Under the pieces are notes generated by a model. It saw only the letters and a program-made list of their open reading frames with translations, did no database searches and was not told the DNA's origin. DNA of 64,000 nt from Chiloscyllium plagiosum (Eukaryota). Shown one piece after another: positions 40,073 through 50,620 of this stretch. Position numbers and translations under genes: made by a program. Location: NCBI RefSeq assembly GCF_004010195.1, contig NC_057752.1, forward strand, positions 2,854,222 through 2,918,221, in the 5' to 3' direction. The first letter of the stretch is position 1. Every line of letters begins with the position of its first letter.

Positions 40073-41409
40073 TTTTCTATTTTGGCTTTTAGGAGGAGAT
40101 GAAATGTATCAATTGTCCACTTCAAGCTGTCCTATCTGGTGAAGATGGATAAAGTACTGCAGAATTTACATCTAGGGCATAAATCTAGCGGTACGCTAAT
40201 GTAGGTTGACCAATTTGTGACTGGCATGCAAATGTTGCCCCAATGTCAAGCAACATCAAAGTCAAGGAACTGTGGCACAACGGACCTTTGAAGGACAGAG
40301 ACTCTGGCATAGCTGGCAAAGCCAGCATTTGCTACTGATCCCCAAGTGCCCTTGGACTGAGTAGCTTGGTGAGCAATTTCAGAGGGCAGATAAGAGTCAA
40401 GCACGTTGCTGTGGGTCTGGAGTCACATGGAGATTAGACCAGGCAAGGATGCCAGATTTTTTTTCCTAAAGGACATTAACAAAGAGCTTGTTTTTAAACA
40501 AAAATTCCCAATAGCTTCATGGGCACCAAAAATCATACAAACTTTTCAGTCCAGATCTTAAAAACTTTAATGCAAATCTCACGAGCTACCACGGTGGGAT
40601 TTGAACCCAGCTCCCCATGGTTTTGGTCTGGACCACTGGGTCACAAGCCCAGTGGGATTGCCACTGCACCACTATGTTTTATAGAAAGCTAGCATATCCA
40701 TGTTTCATTCCACCTTCCATTGCTTGGCCTGGAGCTGTGGAAGCTTTAGCACTTCAAATGTGTCGTTTTTAACAGGATGGGAGCTTCTACCTCTCACACA
40801 CTTTTAAACACGAGTCCAAGACCCCTATCAAGCTCTGGTTAAAATATTACTCAACCCCCTTCTAAAACATATACAAATTACCTTACATCTAATATCGCGA
40901 TGTTACTCACTCACTCACCCCCCCCCCCCACACCGAAAGGCAAAACAGCCACTTGGCGCACATACTATTTCGGCCCCTCAGTTTGATACATCTTAGTTAA
41001 ATTTCCACAAAGCCTCACTTTATTTCAAGGAAATAAATTTTCTCATTGCTAAATGTCACCGATTCTGGGAACATCCTCCTAAACCTCCTCTGTACCCTCT
41101 CTAGTGCAATTCATCCTTCATGTAATGCATCAACCAGGTCTGTGCATAATTCTCAGCTGGCGATCGACCACAACCCCGTGCTCATTCTCTTGGCCTCAGT
41201 ATCCGACATGTCTTCTTGACAACATTAGTGACCTGTCCTACCACCCTCACTCTGAAGAGTTTCAAGAACTCTCATTCCATTCACAAACGGTTTAGCACCA
41301 GCTCTCGACATTTGTTTGGAGGTGATAGCCTGATTTCTGAAAGGTCAGGTTTTAGTGGGGCAAAGTACAGATAGGTAACAAAAAACAGAAGTAGTCCAAC
41401 ATGTTTTAC

Positions 41410-41532
41410 CTTTATTGGTCTTTTCAGTGCTTCCTGGATGTCCAGGCGCTTCCTCATTATAGTCTGGTCCAACTTCCTCTCAAACGCCAGCAAATCCATG
41501 TAGGCTTGAGACTCTGGCACAAGTTCCCGAAT
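41410..41532 (-). CDS. SMARCD1: SMARCD1 exon 4 ([41 protein letters not shown])
   Basis: 123 nt, tag| ... |gtaaaa. Confidence 0.97.
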
Positions 41533-42214
41533 CTATAACGAAATGCATATCGTACCACAATACTCATCATGATGATCACCAAAACTGCTGCTTTTAAAGG
41601 CACAAACATCCTTGTTGACGATGCCTTTCACATGCCTGCAGCTTTTGACATGGTCGACCACACGCACCTCTTGCCTAGTATCACTCTTATCTGCTCGGGT
41701 GTAGTCACAGAATCTCCTGCAGTGAGGAAAAGGACCCTGCTGATACACAGCTCTACCCACCCACTGCCCATTGTTGCTCTGAGTACAAACTGCTTGCCCA
41801 ACATCCAGTTTTTCATGAATCACAATTTCCTCCAGTTAAATAGTTGGAATGATCAAAGGATTGCCTGCATCAGAGTGGCCGATTCCATTCCGTTCTCCTC
41901 AGCATCTGTTGCAAGCGGAACCGGAATGCTCTGATTCGGATTTGAACCCAGATTCCAGTGGGTGCAGGTGCCTGGGCACATCAATCCTGAACCAAAAGGT
42001 TGTGTTGCCCTAGGCCTGAGGGGTCACTTCATACATGGTAATTAGACAAAGATTTGCAAACGGTTCACCTAGCTTGCCTTCAGTTACGATATCCCCCCCC
42101 AAAAAAATCATTTTTCTGAAAAGAAAAGTTCAAAATATTTGGATTACCTGCCTTGGCTAAAAAGCAGGGTGTAGGAAAATCTTTAACTACAAAAAAATTA
42201 AGGATGCACTTTAC

Positions 42215-42257
42215 CCTCTGAGGTAGAATTTTATCAGCCATCTTCTTCTTCTTTGCA
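42215..42257 (-). CDS. SMARCD1: SMARCD1 exon 3 (N-AKKKKMADKILPQR)
   Basis: 43 nt, phase 2 to 0, tag| ... |gtaaag. Confidence 0.96.
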
Positions 42258-43564
42258 CTATTCAAAAAGAAAGAATAAACTTGTTACCCTGGCAACGTAC
42301 TTTCCAAAATCAGACACTCTGAAAAGAAGGCAGTTTAGTTACACAGGCAGGATAAACTAGCCATTTGTAGTAAAAGGAACTGTCATAAACAGACACTTAA
42401 ACATTCAAAAGCTAAAGTACAGAAACACGAGCTGTGGTCCCAGAAAGCCACGCAAATTCATCACAAAACTGATCAAGTATCAGGTCGAAATGAGACCACA
42501 CAATCATCCCCATTATTGAAGGACTTGAATCTCAACGGACTTTTAATGTTTATAAAAGCATTTTCCTTTCCAACTGGCTCCCCATCTGCTGCATCCTTCC
42601 TTCCCTTATTGACTGGCAGTCATTCCTTCAGCCCCTTAACCTAAGGTGCCCCAGCCCCCAAAATCAACAAGACTCTCGACCAACCACTACTGGAGAAAAG
42701 CTCAAAGTTGTAGGCAGCCACCCACCTCCTCTCTCAAGTAGCTATATTTTATGTGGGAATCAAGGCAATGACCGTCAGCAGGTTACTTGAGCTCATGGGG
42801 AGTAGATCGTATAACAAAGTTGAATCCTAACATATCTGTGTGTTTCAGTAAGTCATTGGATCATGACCAGAGAAATGATCCCAGGAGTATAATGGGGCCG
42901 CTAGCTCCCGAACTACTGCCCCAGCTAAAATCAACTGAGTCAGTGCATGGCAGTGGTCAATCTTCTGAACTACAGCCCCCCACCACTTGCATGTCTGTGT
43001 TCAGTGCGGCCAATCACCGAAATGATTAAATTACATCAAAACTAAGACACCTGATTTTAAAAAAAGCCAAAAATTGTCTGCTGTTTGCACAACAAATGAT
43101 GCATTTATTCACTAAGCCATTTGGGTAGTTTCTAATGTCAGTTTTTCCATGCTAATGGATGGTAAAGACAAGTATGATCAAATAACTGAAGCAGCTGAAT
43201 ACGTGACATCAGGTGTGCAGCACTGCAAAAGTGTGAAAGATGATGATTTTATTATTTGAAACAGGTCATTGTGCCTCTGCAAAAGTATTATGTTCGTTAC
43301 TAAGACAGCTGAGTAGGATCAAAATTTTCAGCAATTATGGGTGCTATAGTATGTTGCACTTGAGAGAAAGGTGATGTAAAAAAGAAATCAGCTAGCCTCT
43401 TCTGCTGAGCTCTGACCCGGTGCACAGATATGAATGGCGATTACAGGCTGAACTGCCGTATGCTTAGTTTGGTTCTTTCACAGCAGAATAGCAAGCCAAT
43501 GCTTCCTGAACTTAGTGGAGCTGGTGACAGGACAACACTTAATAAGAAATGAACACGTGTCCCT

Positions 43565-44125
43565 CATGTGCACTGGGACACGAGTTCACTGTCTTCTCTT
43601 GAACAACAGTTTCTCAATAAATTATATAGTCATTTTACAGGGAGGAGCATCCAGATAAGGCAACATACATATTAACTGGGTGACCATTACAATCAACGAG
43701 TATCAATAGCAGAGACCCCCAAGCTCTTTCCTGCTATACAATGAATGTTCTTAACCTTGTTAACTGGGCTCATATAATGGATACGTTCTCCTTGTTAGCT
43801 GACCTTGCATACTAAATGCTTCCAATAAGGTTAACTGGCTCTACATAATGAATGTTTTTCCACCTTGTTAACCCATTACCCTTGCCTCCAGCACCCCATT
43901 GTTAACTGTAAATTCTTATCTGATCTGAGTCATACTCAGCTGAACCTCTTGCTTCACAAAACCCTGAACTTAACGGTTTCCCTGCCTGCTTATACCCTAT
44001 ACACATTCTCAGTACTTTGTAGAATGCCTTCAGTAAGTCCAATTACAACACATTTCCTGGTTCCCCCTCTCCAGTCTGGCTGAGACTTCCTCGAAAAACC
44101 TGAATAAAGTAGCAGACGCAACTTC
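43565..44125 (-). repeat. Inverted copy of 45144-45691 (CR1 fragment plus most of the solo LTR)
   Basis: Reverse complement matches across the LINE/LTR junction (cattctcagtactttgtagaatgcc vs ggcattctacaaagtactgagaatg). Confidence 0.9.
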
Positions 44126-44129
44126 TGGT

Positions 44130-46933
44130 ATTGGGTAAGGAGGTAAGTTTAATAAATTACCCCCAAGTTAAGGATCCCCTGGGAAGCCATGATCATAACA
44201 TGATGGTACTTAATATTCAGTTCCAGAGTGAGAAATTTGGGTCAGAAACAAGTATGTTTAACTTAAATAAATGGAATGACAACGAAATGAGGACAGAGTC
44301 AGCTAAAGTGAACTAGGCCGATTGATTAGCAGGAATGAAAGCAAGCAAGCAGTGGTAGACGTTTAAGGAAGGCAGTCATAACTCTCAGCAAAAATACATC
44401 CCAGTAAGGAGGAAAGATTCTAAGAGAGGGGTAAACCAAGGAAGTCAAGGAGAGTATTATGTTTAAAGAAAAAACACATAAAAAGGCAAAAGTCAGTGAT
44501 AGCCCTGAAGACTGGGATAAATTCAGAAACCAAATCTAATCTAATCTAATTCAGGACTGAAAAGATAATAAAGACAGAAAATAAATGAGGAATAGAAAAA
44601 CTGTCAATAAGAGCTTCTTTAAATTCATAAAAACAAAGAGAGTAGTTAAAATGAACATCAGCCCCTTAGGAAATGAAGCTGGGGAGACTGTTTTGGGGAA
44701 AGGAAACGGCAGAGTTAAACAGATATTGTGTATCAGTCTTTACAGTAGAAGATATTTCAGACATTCCATCAATACTAAAGAATACAGGGGAAGAATTAAG
44801 TACCATCACCATAATAGTAGAATTAGATAAACTAATGGGGCTAAAGGCAGATATGCTCTCTAGCCCTGCATCCTAGGATCCTAAAACTGGTAGCTACAGA
44901 GGCAGTGGATGCATTTGGCTGTAATTTTCCAAAATTTGTTGGATTTTGGAGAAGTACCAGAGGATTGGAAAACTGCTAATGTGACAGCTCTGCACGAAAG
45001 AGGCGGCAGGCAAAAAGTGGGTAACTATCGGCCAATTAGCCTAACATCTATTGCTGGAAAAGTGTTAGAATCAATTATTAAGGAAGTTATAAAACATTTG
45101 GAAAATCATAATTTAATCAGAGTCAGCATGACGTCATGAAAGGGAAGTTGTGTCTGCTACTTTATTCAGGTTTATCGAGGAAGTCTCAGCCAGACTGGAG
45201 AGAGGGAACCAGGAAATGTGTTGTAATTGGACTTCCTGAAGGCATTCTACAAAGTACTGAGAATGTGTATAGGGTATAAGCAGGCAGGGAAACAGTTAAG
45301 TTCAGAGTTTTTGTGAAACAAGAGGTTCAGCTGAGCATGACGCAGATCAGATAAGAATTTACAATTAACAATGGGGTGCTGGAGGCAAGGGTAATGGATT
45401 AACAAGGTGGAAAAACATTCATTATGTAGAGCCAGTTAACCATATTGGAAGCATTCAGTATGCAAAGTCAGCTAACAAGGAGAACGTATCCATTGTATGA
45501 ATCCAGTTAACAAGGTTAAGAACATTCATTGTATAACAGGAAAGGGTTATTGAAACTCGTTGATTGTAACGGTCACCCAGTTAATATGTATGTTGCCTTA
45601 TCCAGATGCTCCTCCCTGTAAAATGACGATATAGTTCATTGAGAAACTGTTGTTCGAGAGAAGACCGTGAACTCATGTCCCAGTGCACATGGGCGATGGT
45701 TCTCTTGCCCTCCAGGGCCCAGAATAAAGATGAAGGAGGTAAAACTACATTGCATCTCTGAGCGTTTTGCTCTGACTGAGGGGGGGGGAAAACAGGATGA
45801 CAGTACCTCACAAAAGGTTAAATCATAAGTTAAGAGCCCACAGTGTTGGAGGTAGCATATTGGTGTGGATTGAGAGAATTGGCTCATGGGCAGGAACAGT
45901 GAGTGGGAATAAGGAATTCTTTTACAGGATGACAATCTGTAACTAGTGGGGTTCCAGAGGAACCAGTGCTGGAACTACAACTGTTCACAACAAGTATTAA
46001 TGAACTGGAGAAAGCAAGTGAATGTACTGTCACTAAATTTGCAGATGACACAAAAATACCTAGAAGGCAGGTTGTGAGAGGGGTACAAACAGTTCACAGA
46101 GAGATATTGATAGGTTAAGTAAGTGGCAAAACGTTGACAAGTGGAGTATAACGTGGAGAAACGTGAAATTGTTCATTTTGGAAGAACGAACAGAATATGA
46201 TTTAAATAGCAACAAACTGCAGAAGGCTACGACACAGAGGGACTTGGGAGGACTTGAGCACAAAACACAGAAAACTAGCACACAGTGGGACAGCAGGTAA
46301 TCAGGAAGGGCCAATGGAATGTTGGCCCTTATTTCATGGGCATTGAAGGATTAAAGTAGGGAAGTCTTACAGTAACTGTACAAGGTGGTCAGTCCATGTC
46401 TGGAGTACTGTAAACCGTTTTGGTCCCCTTATTTAAGGGGAGATATCATTTCATTGGAGGCATGCCCGAGACGGTTCACTAGGATGATTCCCTGTGTAAG
46501 ATTGTCTTATAAACAAAGGTTAAGCAGGCAGGAGCTCTATCTATTGGAATTTAGAAGAATGAGAGGTAATCTCATTGAAACATGTAGGACTCTGAAGGGC
46601 TTTGACAGGGTCAGTGCTGAGAGGATATCTCCCTTCATGGGAGAGTCTCCGACCAGAGGAGCACAGTCTCAGAATAAAGGGGCGCCAATTTAAGACTGAG
46701 ATCAGGAGGAATTTCTTCTCTCAGAGTTGAGTGTCTTTGGAACTCCTTGCACTGTGGGACAGAGTCATTGAGAATATTTAAGGCTGAGAAAGATTTTTGA
46801 ATATTCAGAGAATCAAGGGTAATGGGGAAAGGGCAGGAAAATTAATGTCAGGAATGTCTTATCAGCCATGATCTTATTGAATGATGGAGCAGGCTTGAGG
46901 GGCCGAACGGCTTACTCCTGTTCCTACTTCTTA
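44130..46933 (+). mobile_element. CR1 LINE, decayed ORF2 and 3' end, interrupted by a solo LTR
   Basis: VPEDWKTANVT..GNYRPISLTS, KFADDT and ELYLLEFRRMRGNLIET peptides. Confidence 0.9.
45258..45802 (+). mobile_element. Solo LTR (545 bp; Gypsy- or ERV1-type)
   Basis: TG...CA termini; 4-bp TSD GTAC at 45254-45257 and 45803-45806; AATAAA at ~45723; CR1 sequence resumes after it. Confidence 0.8.
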
Positions 46934-47483
46934 TGGCAGAGTGGAAATGTTGCTGAACTAGTAATCCAGAGGCCCAGGTTAATGCTCTAATGACATGGGC
47001 TAAAATCACACCATCGCAGTTGGTGGAATTTAAAATCAATTAACACATCTAAAGTTATTCTCGATCAATTGTTGGAAAAGCTCATCTGGTTCGCTAACAG
47101 AAGGAAAATGTGGCATCCTCACTTGCTCTGGCCTATGTGTGACTTTTAACTACCCTCTGGCAATGGTGTAGCCACCCACACAGTTCAGGGGCAATTTGGT
47201 TTCGGCATCAAATCCTGATGCTGGCAGCGACATGCACATCACAAAAGAAATTTTAAAAGCGCAGTCGGGTGAGGTTTTTGGGAGGCTGCTGATGCACATG
47301 GAACTGCAACCTGAATGAGTGAGCACTCCACAGGGGTGAAAATGAACCAAAGTTTTATTCCAGGGACCACAAGAACAATACTGGTGCGTCTGACAGAAGG
47401 TGACCATTTTCAAAGCACATCACTCATGGCAACATCTGTTGTACCGAATCTGGGAAAGTGCATTTAAAAGCTCTTCGACCTAC

Positions 47484-47677
47484 TTGTGATTGCGGTTTTG
47501 GGCTGCTTGCTGCTGCACTTGTTGAATTTGCTGAGGTGCTGGCCGTTTGCGAGACTGGTCCATCATTGACTGAGGCATTCCTGGTCGCACAGCTGGGCTC
47601 CCCCCATACGAAGGACCAGGCGGACCCATAGAAGCACCCTGAGGTGGCATGCGGCTGCCTGGAGGCATCCCTGGGCG
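47484..47677 (-). CDS. SMARCD1: SMARCD1 exon 2 ([64 protein letters not shown])
   Basis: 194 nt, phase 0 to 2, tag| ... |gtaggt. Confidence 0.95.
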
Positions 47678-47968
47678 CTAGTCAAAAAGAAGAAAACAAA
47701 ATAAGACATCGGAAAGATTGCGACCTTGTCACGAGGGGCTGGATTCAGCAAACAAACACCTTAGATGACACAGGCAATACAACTTCAGCATTCATCCAGT
47801 GCAGCCTAGCACATCCCTCAACAAACAAAAATCCATGGCACGATGGAAAGGCAGCAGCAAGGTCAGTTTCCAGGACACAAGATCTGTCATTTTAGCATCA
47901 AACCTAAAATTGTTAGCAACATAGTCTTGTGCGCTAAACTAGAGGCACCCAAACGTTTTCCTCGTGTG

Positions 47969-48146
47969 ACCCCAAAGATATGCGGGTCAGGTGAATTGGC
48001 CATGCTAAATTGCCCATAGTGTTTGGTTAAAGGGGTAAATGTAGGGGTATGGGTGGGTTGCGCTTTGGCGGGTCGGTGTGGACTTGTTGGGCCGAAGGGC
48101 CTGTTTCCACACTGTAAGTAATCTAATCTAATCTAATCTAATCTAA
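47969..48146 (+). mobile_element. 5'-truncated HE1-like SINE
   Basis: Core/tail with (AATCT)n. Confidence 0.8.
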
Positions 48147-48305
48147 ACTGCGTGCGGCCCCAGAGAAAAATCTTGTGGGGAGGGGGGGGTAGACAGGTCG
48201 AGTGCTGCTGAACCAAAGCTTTAGAGGTCCTCGGGGGTGGGGACCTTCAGTTCTTCAGTGAGATGGGGCTTCAATTCTCCACTGTGGAGGAGTGGCTAGG
48301 GAAGG

Positions 48306-48769
48306 AAGAGGGAGAGCAGGAGTTGGGTTTCGGGGAGGCGTGGAGAAGGCAGGGTTTCTACAAAAAAAAAAGCCTCAATTTTTGGCAGCAACAGCAGCAA
48401 TCGGATCACAGAGAGCAGCCCTTTAGGTTACGCCCACCGATAGACAAAAAAAACCCCAAAGGTTTAAGGGGAGATCGCAGCTGCCAAAAATCAGTCAAAG
48501 CTGTGAAATTGCTATCGCTGCCTCAGAGCTCAAGTCCAAAGAGGGAGAGCAGGAGTTGGGTTTTGGGGAGGCGTGGAGAAGGCAGGGTTTCTACAAAAAA
48601 AAGCCTCAATTTTTGGCAGCAACAGCAGCAATCGGGTCACAGAGAGCAGCCCTTTAGGTTACACCCACCGATAGACAAAAAAAACCCCAAAGGTTTAAGG
48701 GGAGATCGCAGCTGCCAAAAATCAGTCAAAGCTGTGAAATTGCTATCGCTGCCTCAGAGCTCAAGTCCA
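48306..48769. repeat. Tandem duplication, 233 + 231 bp
   Basis: Copies 48306-48538 and 48539-48769 differ by 3 substitutions and an A10/A8 run. Confidence 0.95.
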
Positions 48770-49571
48770 TGCTGGGCTTGGGAAGTCCCGCAAGAAATGA
48801 TCAATGGGAAAGATTCAATAGACCTGGTGATTGCTATAAAGGGGAATGACAAATTACAGAGAATAAGATGCCCGATCAAACTTGTACTTCAGTTGACAGG
48901 TTAAAGACCTATTTTTAGAAAAGATGGCAGACGGGAGTGGGGTGAATATGTTGGCCAGAGACCACAATATAGTCAATATTCCATGCCAAGGTGCAGTACA
49001 ACGGGGGTGGGGGTGATGGTTGGGAGGGGAGGGGGGGGAGGGAGGGTGCTTTCATACAGTTACATTTAAAAATCTGCAAATTTACTGACAAGTTTCATCT
49101 GAATTGTATTCCGTTACAAGGACACAAAAGAGACAGGTCAGCAATTCTGCTTCATTCTCTCCACAGCAGACAGCTACAATAGGAAAATCCCGTTTGTAGG
49201 GCAGCGGGGGAGCGGTGAAAGAGGGCAAATTGGGAGGTTGGGGGTGGGGGACCTTAACAAAAACGGCCACTGGAAATGAGTCGCACGGGGGAAAGAAAAA
49301 AATAATTGCTGGACAATTTAAGCCACTATGCCAGTACAGGCATGTATCTTATTAATCCAATTGTTCAGTCTGCTGCACAGAAGACTGCAATTGATTCTGC
49401 AGTCAATGCATCAACCTGGGAAACAACACAGCCCTTTCCTCCTTTAGGGCCGGAGTCAGTTGATGGGATAACCTTCTACACCCAAAATTCTGCATTACAA
49501 TTGATAATAACCTGCCACCGCAGTTGGAATTAAAAAGCCTCGTTAGTTTTTTAAAAAAAACAAACCCTTAC

Positions 49572-49622
49572 CAAACCGTGAGCAAGAAATTCAAAGAGTT
49601 TACTCCTGGTTGCTGACTGCAT
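49572..49622 (-). CDS. SMARCD1: Candidate alternative first coding exon (MQSATRSKLFEFLAHGL), SMARCD3-type N-terminus
   Basis: ggcATG start with an upstream in-frame stop; strong phase-0 donor TTG|gtaagg matching the phase-0 exon 2 acceptor; similar to recalled human SMARCD3 ATKSKLFEFLVHGV|RPG. Confidence 0.8.
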
Positions 49623-49724
49623 GCCACGCTTCCCTTTCAAACACCCTTTGTCCGTGAGCCACGCTCCACTTTACTGCACCCTCGTTTAGCAAGCTGGTGC
49701 TGTCGCTCTCGGGCATCCGACATT

Positions 49725-49920
49725 TTATTGTGGGGAAGAAGCAGTCGCCTCAACTTTATAAGAAATCCAGCAAATCAAAAAGCAAACTATCGGAGCAAGT
49801 GACATTTCAGGAGACGCCGTCATATTGTTCAGTCCAAGGCCCTACAATGTGCATTCTAAACACCACAAAGAAATGAATCAATGAAAGACCTTGTACCAGC
49901 AGTTGTCACGTCACTTGTGC
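49725..49920 (-). promoter_or_regulatory. Putative TATA promoter of the alternative first exon
   Basis: TATAAAG at 49754-49760, ~29 nt upstream of a pyrimidine-CA start candidate (~49731); CRE-like TGACGTGA at ~49906-49913. Confidence 0.5.
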
Positions 49921-50339
49921 ATGCCTTTCAGCTCCATACTACTGCTCTTGCAGGTCTCAGCTAATTAACATCAAGACTCAAAAGAGGAAATAAAAGACCC
50001 TGCCTGCACACAGCAAAACAGTTGTCAGCAGCAAAAGGGTGTTCGGGAAAAGCCTTGAAAATTGCCACAATAGCCACTCAGTCGGTGCAATTAAATACCA
50101 TTTAACCGGAGAGAGAATTTCAAATAAAGAGTAATACATTTCAAAACTGTCTCATCAGCAGACAGATCAGCAAAAAAAGGTATGCGTTCGAGAAATAGCT
50201 GATAAACAACACTCAGAACAGTTTACATTCACATAGTGCCTTGAACTAAGAAAAACATTTGAGATGCTTCTCAAACCATGCCAAACGTGTCAAGCTTTGC
50301 TCTTTTGGGTCATTTTCATAGATAACGAAGTTTGCTTGG

Positions 50340-50620
50340 TGTCAGCCATGGCTCAGTACTCTTGCCTCTAAGACAGAAGATTATGGATTCAAGCTCCAAT
50401 TCCAGAGACTGGAGCACCGAATCTAGGCTGATGCTTCTGTGCAATCCCAGGGAGAGACTATACCGTTGAAAGTGCCTTCCTTGGGAAGGAATGCTGAACT
50501 AAAGCCCCATCTTCCTTCTTAGGTCAGAAAAATAGACCAAATGGCACTATTCAGAGTGCTGGAAATTCGCCCCCATGTCCCGGCTACTGTTCCTCCCTTG
50601 GCTGTAATCAGTAAACCAGC
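50340..50620 (+). mobile_element. Ancient Deu-domain SINE
   Basis: tggctcagt head; aatctaggctgatgcttctgtgcaatcccaggga core. Confidence 0.55.

Noticed and set aside
48263..48904. 213-aa ORF with an internal repeat (longest in the track)
   Set aside because: By-product of the tandem duplication; the first part of copy 2 is read in a different frame; antisense and intronic, with no recognisable domain.
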